A stretch of 64,000 nucleotides of DNA from Candidatus Borrarchaeum weybense (lineage in GTDB: Archaea; Asgardarchaeota; Sifarchaeia; Borrarchaeales; Borrarchaeaceae). The position numbers and the translations under genes were made by a program. Shown here piece by piece: positions 42,263 to 52,100 of the stretch (positions are counted from its first letter, which is position 1; each line of letters begins with the position of its first letter). The stretch lies in the NCBI GenBank assembly GCA_019057385.1, contig JAHQJS010000007.1, positions 480,001 through 544,000 on the forward strand, read 5' to 3'. A model generated the notes under the pieces. The model was not told the DNA's origin. It did no database searches and was given only the letters and a program-made list of their open reading frames with translations.

Positions 42263-45200
42263 TTGGGAATAACTTGCATAATTAATAAGAAGCCTTATTA
42301 TTATATTTCAAAATTTAAAAATCCAAAAAAAGTTTTTTGCTTCGCTTTTATACTTATCTTCACTTTAAGCATAATATCTTATACTTTTCTTTTTGATAGT
42401 CGTTCACCTCAATTGGAGATTATTTCTCCACTGGACAATTCTACTGTTTTTGGAAACGTTAAGATTGAGGTAAATGCAGAGGCTTATCACGAGATTTATA
42501 GAGTAACATTAAGCATAAATGAGGGTACATCTTCACAGATGGATAAAATTAATGGAAATAGCCAGCAAGGCAAGTATGTTTATGTTTGGAATACGCAGGA
42601 GATTCCCGATGGAACATATGAACTTAATGTTCAATTGATTGACACTTTCGGACATACAACACAAAAACAAATTACAGTATATGTAAAGAACGTTTTTATT
42701 AGTACTTTCAGTAGTTCAGCAAAGGATTCTTCTAATGAATTGGTAACGGATTCAAACCAATACCACTATTTGTCTTTTGATCAGATATCGGAAACTGGTT
42801 TCATAGTGGAAACTGAAGAAATAGAAGAAACATTCAATGTAATTGTTGAAAAAACAGAAAGAGAGGAAGATAGGGTCCTAATATCAGGAGTTTTGTCATT
42901 TAACGGGCCACTTCCAGATGCTTTTTGGTTTAATGTAACAGGAGATACAGGACAGTTATTAAACTATAAATTTAACCCAGAAATTCCAGAAGATGCTATA
43001 TTGCAAATAACTGAGAATGAAGAACCGCCACTCATTATTAAAATAGACGGAAACGCGATAAACGAACAAGAAACCTATCTTTTCGAACTTTATTTTGAGA
43101 ATGACAATGAATTTAACGGTAAAATCAAAGTTGGAACTGGTACAACTGTTGTCTTAGTCTATGAAGCACAAAACGATCCTACTATAGACGGAACATTAAC
43201 TTCTGGAGAGTGGGATGGCGCTTATGTTATGGCATCAGATTGGAAAGCTGAAAATGGAGGAGCATCTCCAACATTTGATATCGCTGCATATATAATGCAG
43301 AACTCCACACATGTTCTTGTTGCTTTTAATATTTCAGATGCCATTATCGTGAGCGATCCCTATGGAGATTATGCAGTAGTTTATTTTGATGTAAATAATG
43401 ATGCTCCACCTCCACAAATTGTTGGTGATCCAGCGATAGATGACCATGGTTATGGTATAGTGAGAACTCCAACTGGAGGACTTCGTGAAGAACGTCAGGG
43501 AATAGGTACCAGCACAGGAAGGGAAGGTTGGGATGATTCAGGCAAATGGCGATATTGGGATATTATTGATCCTCCTTCTGCAGCTTGGAAATCTGGCTTC
43601 TTTGATGACGATACTTATTGGTCAATTGAATTAGCAATTCCTTTTTCTGAACTTGGAGTAACTTCTCAAGATGTAATCGGTATTAAATGTCTATACGGTG
43701 AGAGTGCAACTGAAACGGAATTCGCATGGCCACCTGGTGGCGGAGATCCAGGTGAACCTGTAGGTGATTTGGATGCAGAAGATGACACTGCCAGTTATGG
43801 TGATGCCTATTTGGATATTGATGGTCCAATAGTGTGGAACGTTACAGTAAGTCCTCAACAAGCGATAGAAGGAACTCTTTTCACGTTTACAGCAACTGTT
43901 AATACGACAGCGTCTGAAACGATTACCAGTGTAACAATAGATATTACAGAGCCTGATAAAACACCAGTAGCGTCTATTACTTTATATGATGACGGAACTA
44001 GTAGCGGTGATCTTGTTGCTGGAGATGATATCTGGACAGGCCAGTGGGATTCTACGGGGAATTCAGTTGGAGATTATTATTTATCAGTTGACGCAGAAGA
44101 CATTCAACTTGATTTAACAACAGTAAATAATATGACTTTAGTTGAGATAATAACGTCAGATATTCTACCGCCTGAAATCTCTAATGTTCAAATAACTCCT
44201 TCTGTAGGTCAATCCGGCGATAGTTTCACTATAAATGCTGATGTTACGGATCCTTCTGGTGTTAGTAGCGTGATTGCACATATTCAAACTCCTGATGAAA
44301 CTGATATTGCTACAGTAACTCTATATGACGATGGTTTGCACAATGATGGTGCTGATGATGATGGCACCTATGGAAATACTTGGGACTCCACAGGACAAGC
44401 AGAAGGTACTTATTACGTTGATATCGTTGCAACGGACACTGCTACAAACTCAGGAGAGTTAGAGAACGGAGACACGTTTATTATTGATAACACTGCTCCT
44501 AGTGTATCTAATGTCCAAGTGACACCTTCTGAAGGCCAGTCTGGCACTATTTTCACCATAACCACCGATGTCACTGATACACTTTCAGGTGTTAATAGTG
44601 TGATCGCTTATATCCAAATGCCTGATGAAACTACCATTGCTACTGTAACGCTGTATGATGATGGCTTGCATAATGATGGAGCTACTGGAGATGACACTTA
44701 CGGAAATACTTGGGACTCCACAGGGCAACCTGAAGGTACCTATTATATTGACGTTGTCGCAACAGATAATGCCAGTAATTTAGAAGAGGCTGAAGATGGG
44801 GACACGTTTATAATTGATAACACGCCGCCTGTAGTCTCAAATATTCAAGTATCTCCTTCTGCGGGTCAATCTGGTACAACTTTCATCATCACAGCGGATG
44901 TCTCGGATGCCTTGTCTTTAGTCAGCAGTGTGACGGCCTATATCCAAATGCCTGATGAAACTACCATTGCTACTGTAACGCTGTATGATGATGGCTTGCA
45001 TAATGATGGCACTGCCGGAGATGGCACCTACGGAAACACCTGGGACTCCACAGGACACGCTGAAGGCACCTATTATATTGACATTGTTGCAAGTGATGGT
45101 GTTGGCAATTCAGTAGAGGAGGAAAATGGGGACACGTTTATAATTGATGATAGTCCTCCAAATGTTTCCAATATACAGGTAACTCCTTCTGCCGGTCAAT

Positions 45201-47938
45201 CAGGGACTGTTTTCGTCATAACGGCTGACGTGTCAGACCTGCTCTCAGGAGTCAACAGTGTGACTGCCTATATCCAAATGCCTGACGAAACTACCATTGC
45301 TACCTTACAATTATTTGATGATGGCTTGCATAATGATGGCACTGCCGGAGATGGCACCTACGGAAACACCTGGGACTCCACAGGACAATCATCCGAGATA
45401 TATTTCATTGATATCGTTGCTGATGATAACCTAGGCAATTCAGGAGAAACTGAGAACGTTGACACATTTATTGTTGACGATGACCCACCTACACTTCCCG
45501 ATCCTTTTGTACCACAACAATCAGTTGAATATCCTAATGACCAAGATGATGTCACTATAACAATTCCAGATCCAATTGACCTTTCACCCATTGCTGTCTA
45601 CCTTAATTATACAATAAATGGAAACCCGCAATCTTCAATACTTATGCAATATGGTAGTTCATATAGCGGTACAATACCTGCCCAGCCTGCAGGTACAACA
45701 GTAACATACTTCTTTCATATTTTTGATAGTGCTGGAAATGATCTGGTTAATTCTAGTTCGGCTTATGCATATATTGTCGACGGTGCCCCACCTGAGATCT
45801 CAAATGTTCAAGTTACACCCTCTAGTGGTCAATCGGGGACTGTTTTCGTCATAACGGCTGATGTGTCAGACCTGCTCTCAGGAGTCAGCAGTGTGACTGC
45901 CTATATCCAAATACCTGATGAAACAACCATTGCTACAGTAACGCTGTATGACGATGGTTTGCACAATGATGGTGCTGCTGAAGATGGCACCTACGGAAAC
46001 ACCTGGGACTCCACAGGACAATCATCCGAGATATATTTCATTGATATCGTTGCTGATGATAATGCCAGCAACTCAGGCGAACTGGAGAATGGAAACACTT
46101 TTATCATTGATGACGATCCTCCTCAGGTTTCGAACGTTCAAGTTACGCCCTCTACAGGTCAACCTGGCACTATTTTCACCATAACCGCCGATGTCACTGA
46201 TACACTTTCTGATGTCATTAGTGTAACTGCTTATATCCAAATGCCTGATGAAACTACCATTGCTACAGTAACGCTGTATGATGATGGCTTGCATAATGAT
46301 GGAACTACTGGAGATGACACTTACGGAAATACCTGGGACTCCACAGGACAATCTATCGGTACCTTCTATATAGATATTGAAGCGGTAGATACTCTCGGTA
46401 ATTCTGGTGAGACTGAGAATGGAGCTATTTTTGCGACTGATGATACGCCGCCTGCAGTCTCAAACATTCAAGTATCTCCCTCTGCAGGTCAATCTGGTAC
46501 AATTTATACCATCACGGCGGATGTTTCGGATGCCCTGTCTGGAGTCAGCAGTGTGACTGCCTATATCCAAATACCCGATGAGACAACCATTGCTACAGTA
46601 ACGCTGTATGATGATGGCTTGCATAATGATGGTATTGCCGGAGATGGCACCTACGGAAACACCTGGGACTCCACAGGACAAGTTGATGGTACTTATTATA
46701 TTGATATCGTTGCAAGTGATGGTATTGGCAATTCAGTAGAGGAGGAAAATGGAGACACGTTTATAATTGATGATAATCCTCCAAATGTTTCCAATATTCA
46801 GGTAACTCCCTCTGCCGGTCAATCTGGTACAATTTATACCATCACAGCGGATGTTTCGGATGCCCTGTCTGGAGTCAGCAGCGTGACTGCCTATATCCAA
46901 ATGCCTGATGAAACAAACATAGCAACATTACAATTATTTGATGATGGAGCACATAGTGATGGATTAGCTGGAGATGGTACCTATGGAAACACATGGGACT
47001 CCACAGGTCAATCATCAGAGATATATTACATTGACATTGTTGCTGATGATAGCCTAGGCAATTCAGGAGAGACAGAGAACGGTGAAACATTGATTGTTGA
47101 CGATGACCCACCTACACTTCCTCCTGATTTTGAGCCACAACAATCAGTTATTGATCCAGATGATCAGGAAGCTGTCACCATTATAATACAAGATCCTCTC
47201 GATCTTTCGATTAGTGAGGTATATCTTAACTACACAACGAATGGAAACCCACAACCTTCAATACTTATGCAATATGGTAGTTCATATAGCGGTACAATAC
47301 CTGCCCAGCCTGCAGGTACAACAGTAGCATACTTCTTTCATATTTTTGATAGCGCTGGTAATGATTTAATTGAAAATAATGGTGGTTTGAACTATACATA
47401 CACAGTAAGCAGTTCTGGCGGTGGAGGAGGTGGCGGAGACGGTAGCAGTAGCAATGGTGACGGCGACAGTAGCAGTGGTAATGGAGGAAGCAAGACAACT
47501 GCAAAAACAATGATATTAACATTACTAACTGAAATTCCTTCTGCTGTTACTCAAGGTACAAGAGTCACTGTGAAATTTAGTTTAACAGATGAATCTGAGA
47601 ATGGCATAGAAGGTGCAATTGTTTCCTTAACGATAGCCAATGAATCAATAGTTTGCACTGATTTAGGAGATGGAATATATACCACTATGATTGACACTTC
47701 TGGTCTATCTCCAAGCGACTATACTGTATCAATCTCAGCAAGCAGTGAAGGCTATGAGTCAAAAACTACTACTTTCACTCTTACAGTAACTCAACAAGTT
47801 CCGTTGATTTTAGTAGGAGCAGGAGGCGTAATTGCAGCATGTGCAGTTCTTGGTATAATTCTGGTCTTAAAAAACGCTGGTATAATTTTTTCAAAAAAAT
47901 TAGCTTCATATTACCAGAAAATTCATCAAATGACCTAG
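42263..47938 (+). CDS. Giant cell-surface protein: Ig-like domain, CBM9/DOMON-like domain, nine LYDDG Ig-like repeats, Gly/Ser linker, C-terminal TM anchor
   Basis: N-terminal hydrophobic segment; PTIDGTLTSGEW and WSIELAIPFSEL (CBM9-like); repeated LYDDGLHNDG..GDGTYGNTW; C-terminal helix plus basic tail. Confidence 0.85.
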   Translation: MGITCIINKKPYYYISKFKNPKKVFCFAFILIFTLSIISYTFLFDSRSPQLEIISPLDNSTVFGNVKIEVNAEAYHEIYRVTLSINEGTSSQMDKINGNSQQGKYVYVWNTQEIPDGTYELNVQLIDTFGHTTQKQITVYVKNVFISTFSSSAKDSSNELVTDSNQYHYLSFDQISETGFIVETEEIEETFNVIVEKTEREEDRVLISGVLSFNGPLPDAFWFNVTGDTGQLLNYKFNPEIPEDAILQITENEEPPLIIKIDGNAINEQETYLFELYFENDNEFNGKIKVGTGTTVVLVYEAQNDPTIDGTLTSGEWDGAYVMASDWKAENGGASPTFDIAAYIMQNSTHVLVAFNISDAIIVSDPYGDYAVVYFDVNNDAPPPQIVGDPAIDDHGYGIVRTPTGGLREERQGIGTSTGREGWDDSGKWRYWDIIDPPSAAWKSGFFDDDTYWSIELAIPFSELGVTSQDVIGIKCLYGESATETEFAWPPGGGDPGEPVGDLDAEDDTASYGDAYLDIDGPIVWNVTVSPQQAIEGTLFTFTATVNTTASETITSVTIDITEPDKTPVASITLYDDGTSSGDLVAGDDIWTGQWDSTGNSVGDYYLSVDAEDIQLDLTTVNNMTLVEIITSDILPPEISNVQITPSVGQSGDSFTINADVTDPSGVSSVIAHIQTPDETDIATVTLYDDGLHNDGADDDGTYGNTWDSTGQAEGTYYVDIVATDTATNSGELENGDTFIIDNTAPSVSNVQVTPSEGQSGTIFTITTDVTDTLSGVNSVIAYIQMPDETTIATVTLYDDGLHNDGATGDDTYGNTWDSTGQPEGTYYIDVVATDNASNLEEAEDGDTFIIDNTPPVVSNIQVSPSAGQSGTTFIITADVSDALSLVSSVTAYIQMPDETTIATVTLYDDGLHNDGTAGDGTYGNTWDSTGHAEGTYYIDIVASDGVGNSVEEENGDTFIIDDSPPNVSNIQVTPSAGQSGTVFVITADVSDLLSGVNSVTAYIQMPDETTIATLQLFDDGLHNDGTAGDGTYGNTWDSTGQSSEIYFIDIVADDNLGNSGETENVDTFIVDDDPPTLPDPFVPQQSVEYPNDQDDVTITIPDPIDLSPIAVYLNYTINGNPQSSILMQYGSSYSGTIPAQPAGTTVTYFFHIFDSAGNDLVNSSSAYAYIVDGAPPEISNVQVTPSSGQSGTVFVITADVSDLLSGVSSVTAYIQIPDETTIATVTLYDDGLHNDGAAEDGTYGNTWDSTGQSSEIYFIDIVADDNASNSGELENGNTFIIDDDPPQVSNVQVTPSTGQPGTIFTITADVTDTLSDVISVTAYIQMPDETTIATVTLYDDGLHNDGTTGDDTYGNTWDSTGQSIGTFYIDIEAVDTLGNSGETENGAIFATDDTPPAVSNIQVSPSAGQSGTIYTITADVSDALSGVSSVTAYIQIPDETTIATVTLYDDGLHNDGIAGDGTYGNTWDSTGQVDGTYYIDIVASDGIGNSVEEENGDTFIIDDNPPNVSNIQVTPSAGQSGTIYTITADVSDALSGVSSVTAYIQMPDETNIATLQLFDDGAHSDGLAGDGTYGNTWDSTGQSSEIYYIDIVADDSLGNSGETENGETLIVDDDPPTLPPDFEPQQSVIDPDDQEAVTIIIQDPLDLSISEVYLNYTTNGNPQPSILMQYGSSYSGTIPAQPAGTTVAYFFHIFDSAGNDLIENNGGLNYTYTVSSSGGGGGGGDGSSSNGDGDSSSGNGGSKTTAKTMILTLLTEIPSAVTQGTRVTVKFSLTDESENGIEGAIVSLTIANESIVCTDLGDGIYTTMIDTSGLSPSDYTVSISASSEGYESKTTTFTLTVTQQVPLILVGAGGVIAACAVLGIILVLKNAGIIFSKKLASYYQKIHQMT
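44168..47410 (+). repeat. Coding tandem repeats: about 330-nt units arranged as [4 units + spacer domain] x2
   Basis: Near-identical DNA such as gatggcttgcataatgatgg and tgggactccacagg recurs; the spacer (ggtacaatacctgcccagcctgcaggtacaac) occurs twice about 1.62 kb apart. Confidence 0.9.
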
Positions 47939-47963
47939 AAAAAGCAAAATTGGGGTATAAAAA

Positions 47964-48227
47964 ATTCTCCCGAAAACTAGTGAAGATATAGTATGGAAAA
48001 AGAATAATGACAAAATCGTTATATTTGATGCTAAAAGTGGAAAATTGTTTGAACTCAGTGAAACAGCCGCATACATATGGGAATTATGTGATGGACAAAA
48101 AACAGAAGACGACATAATTTCAATTTTAGCCAAAGAATTTAACAAAGATGAAGCAGATATCAGAGGAGACGTCATGGAATTTATGGAAGAGATGTATCAG
48201 AAAGGATTTCTTGATAAGAATACCTAA
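47964..48227 (+). CDS. PqqD-family RiPP recognition element (RRE)
   Basis: Frame open from 47961: ILPKTSEDIVWKKNNDKIVIFDAKSGKLFELSETAAYIWELCDGQKT...DVMEFMEEMYQKGFL. Likely ATT start at 47964 after GGGGT. Confidence 0.88.
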   Translation: MLPKTSEDIVWKKNNDKIVIFDAKSGKLFELSETAAYIWELCDGQKTEDDIISILAKEFNKDEADIRGDVMEFMEEMYQKGFLDKNT

Positions 48228-48485
48228 CATCATCTTTTTATCCTTTTTTGAGAATAGAAGAAGCAATCACAAATATTTCCTAAGACTGATAATGCAATGA
48301 AGACTAGGAGTTGGGATTAAGCAATTATGAAAATGAATATGCAGAATAATAATTAGAAAAGTAACTGTAATGATAGTAATAATTAAAAGAGAAAATTTAG
48401 AACTCTAAAAAAACAAAATCAAATCTCTTATGCTTAAACAAACAAGAAATCAATCCATTAGAAAAAACAACTGGTAGGGATTAAT

Positions 48486-48953
48486 ATATATCCATTTGGT
48501 CATATCTTCTTTGCTTTAATATTACTTGATATTTTTAGTCGAAGAGAAAGGATTGATATTTCTAATATGAATAAGCTCCTTGTTGCATTTCTTTCAATTT
48601 TTCCAGATATAGATTATGGGATTGACTTGATATATGGGACTCATTTTCATGGATTCCAGTTCTTTCCTCTTACAATATCATTTGTTATCGTTTCAATTCT
48701 ATATTTTAAAACAGAAAAATTTCACAGGAAAGGAATCTTTTTATTATTTATAGCTCTTGGAAGTCAGTTTTTCGGTGATTTACTAGTCGGATCACAAACT
48801 TACTTAATATTAGCATTCACGCTGCATGTAATTCCTGGCAATTTCTTTTTGTTTATGGCTTCATTTGAGATTATAATGCCTATAATTTTCCTTATTTACA
48901 AATTATTAACAAGGAATGCAGATATGACTACAGATACGGAAATGATGAATTAA
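48486..48953 (+). CDS. YdjM-like membrane-bound metal-dependent hydrolase
   Basis: The upstream in-frame extension adds PFGH; also PDID and H.HG; hydrophobic. Start uncertain (ATA 48486 or CTG 48471). Confidence 0.55.
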   Translation: MYPFGHIFFALILLDIFSRRERIDISNMNKLLVAFLSIFPDIDYGIDLIYGTHFHGFQFFPLTISFVIVSILYFKTEKFHRKGIFLLFIALGSQFFGDLLVGSQTYLILAFTLHVIPGNFFLFMASFEIIMPIIFLIYKLLTRNADMTTDTEMMN

Positions 48954-49144
48954 TAAAAGCGAATAAAACCTGTGTCCTGTCAAATTTTCGTCTCTAATGG
49001 TGTTTTACTTTATTGAATAATTATTTATTTCTTTCAAAATTCTAAAAAGTCACAATACAAAATCTACAGTCTCAATTTAACAAAACATTACAAAAAAGCT
49101 TTTAAAAATGTCTTATAGTCTAATAATGAACCTCTATATTGAAA

Positions 49145-52100
49145 TCATCTTCGATGGCGTAGCCTAAGAACTTGATCCCGGATGATCACAAATATAGCCC
49201 CAAGAATTATTGACATCATACCAATCCGAATTGGCAGAAATAGACTAGAGATGTAATTATTAATAGCTGTCGGAATGATCATCTCTTTAATTTCTATGAC
49301 TTTTATTTCTTCATAGGTTGAATAGCCGTCTTTTTTTACTGTTATAGTAATTTCATGCATTCCCAGATTTAGATCAGTTGTATCTATTACACATGTATAT
49401 GTATCGACATCATCGAAAATTGCATAAAATATTTTTTCAAGAATTTCTAATTCTACTGAAGCATCGGAAATTATTTTGTTCTCATCATCAAATACCTTTA
49501 TTTTAACAAAGATTTTATCACCTTGGAAAACAGTTGTTTCGCTAAAGTTTATTATGGCAATTAAATCCAAATTATCCTGATCTCCACTGCCTCTTCCTCC
49601 ACCCCCAGTGTCCTCTTCTTGTGATGATTCAACTGTTACGATCAAAAAGTCGCTTGCAAAATTTCCAAAGGTGTCATTTGCATTTATTATATAAGTGTAC
49701 TCTCCAATGCTTAATCCGTCTATATTGATGATAATTTGAGCGCCACTTGAGTAAGATCCACTCTGAACCAAAATACCATTTCTTGTAACATTGTAGTAGT
49801 CTGGATGTGGTTCATTTATTATCCAACTAATGATATTCCCTGTAGTTCCTATCTCGTATGATATATCACCTGGAGAATTGAAAGTAGGAGGAGTAACATC
49901 AGGAGTAACCGTTATATTGATAATATCACTTGCCGAATTACCAGAGCTGTCATTTGCATATAGTATAAACGTATAAATTCCAACACCTAATCCATCTACA
50001 TTAACTAAAACACTTCCGTAGTATGCTCCGCTTTGTACCACAGTACCATTTCTTGTGACATTATATTTATCCGAATAGGGTTCATAAATCGTCCATGAAA
50101 TGGAATTTCCAGATTGTCCAGCCTCATATGAGAAATCTGCGGGTGAAGAAATTGAGGGGGCGGTGGTGTCCGGTCCAGTTTCAATTTCAATATTAGCACT
50201 GCTCGCAAAAGTATGATTGAAAGATAAGATCTTTGTTAAAAAATCGTGATTAAATAATACTGGTGCTCCATTGATTGTAATGGAAGCAACTGGGAGATTA
50301 CAATAAACTAAAAATTCAGCATCTGTGCCTGAATGAGCAGTAGCGTTTATTATATAGATATTTCCAATAGCACCTTCATTTGTAACTGACACTATATTAT
50401 CACTTGCTTTTGCATAGACCAATGAGATATATTCATATTTGGCTTCTTTAATAATAAACCAATGAGCAATTTCTCGTTCAAATGTAAACTCAAATCGTTC
50501 ACCTTTCTGGAAAAGTACATCTCCATTATCATCGGTTACTAAAGTCTTATTAGTTTCGCTTAGTTCAACGGAATCTAAAATATGTGAATTATATCCCAAA
50601 TTCGAGGTCGGACGGTCAAAGACATAGATCAAATAGTCTTTGTTTGCTTCCATAAAATCGGAAAAGTCCACCTGCGTTGTATGGTAAGGGATAGTCCGAA
50701 CTTCAAAATCAGTGCTTGAGAAAGAATCATAATAAATCGAAACAAGTGTTGCGTAAGAGTTGTTATAGACTGTATAGTACATATACTTGTCTCTTGTGAA
50801 ACCATTGACCCATCCTGCATCTAAGGTAACGTTTACATGACAAACTTTATCGGTATTATCTGTAAGATAATAAAATGTTCTCATAAATGTTTCAAAAAGT
50901 CTACCACCCATCGGGTAATCTAATGGGTAAGTACCTGAAGATTCATATGGCGTATAAGCAATATATCCGCTCCCAATATCATCTCTTATGTAAAGATAAG
51001 GCATTTTCCACGAATTGTCTCCATACCAAATGATAACATATTCAGCATTTGCCTCATTAGTTACATTATACATGCCATCTGCAAAATTGTTAACTCTTAA
51101 TCCTTCCCATTCGGGTTCTCCAAGCATATTAGGCAAATCAGGCTGATAACCTTCAGAATTATCTACTAATCCACGATACTCTTCGTCATTTATGATCCAA
51201 TGACTCTCATCAACAAAGAAATTATCATTTATTTCATCCCAACTAGCGTTAACGCATTGCAAACCCAATAATTGCTCCCAATATCCTGTTCCTAAACTAG
51301 TTCCATTTGTGCTATATCGTCCAACATCACCCATAAACCATACAGCCCCTCCATCCATCACATAGCTTGTAACACTCGAATTTAACTTGTCTGAATATAA
51401 TGAATGATAAGTTGTATCTGGGCTTCCAGTATTTTGCCCTGCAATTACTAGTAAATCACAATCATCTGGAATGCCATTTTCTTCAATATAATAAGTTGAG
51501 ATAAAATCAAGCTGAGCAGGCAATCGGAAAAATAAGGATTTATGATAAAGTCGTGGTGTCATTCTCGTCCCATCTGCTGCACCATAAAAATCTGAAATTT
51601 GTCGCGCGGATACACCGACCATAAAATAAACCTTTGCTATTTTGCGATCGGAAAATTGCTTGTATGTTTTCCATACTTCTCTGAAATCTTCATGTGCTTG
51701 CCTGTAATCATCATACCTATCTTCAGGAATATTATATCCATACGGGCTTTGGTGATTATACATAATTGCTGGTAAGGTACCTTGAGCACTTGTCCTTTGT
51801 AAAGTGGCTCTTAATCCTTCATGATCAAGATCATCTTGCCATGTTTCTTCCCAATCATTCATAAAAGGCACTCTAGTACTCCAATAGTCCACATAGTTGA
51901 TGAAATACTCATCATCAATATTAGTTCCTTTCTGATGTTCAAAAATATCTGCACCAAGCCGAATTGCCAAGTCTGAAGATTGTAGTCGATTATCATCACC
52001 ATCGTACAAAATTACGCTAACATTATGATTTTTTGCTTGATTAATTAAGAGTTTATACCATTCATTATGGATAAGCTTTTGTCTAAAGTATAACCAATCG

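Noticed and set aside
44168-47410. CRISPR array or DGR template/variable repeats
   Set aside because: The repeats are in-frame coding units of about 330 nt with no unique spacers, no adenine-specific variation was evident, and there is no cas or reverse transcriptase gene.
40263-48227. Classical lasso peptide cluster
   Set aside because: No lasso cyclase or transglutaminase-like B2 protease in the window, and the peptide core has no ring-forming Asp/Glu and is too short.
48045-48227. PQQ biosynthesis (pqqD)
   Set aside because: No pqqA/B/C/E nearby; better explained as a generic RRE.
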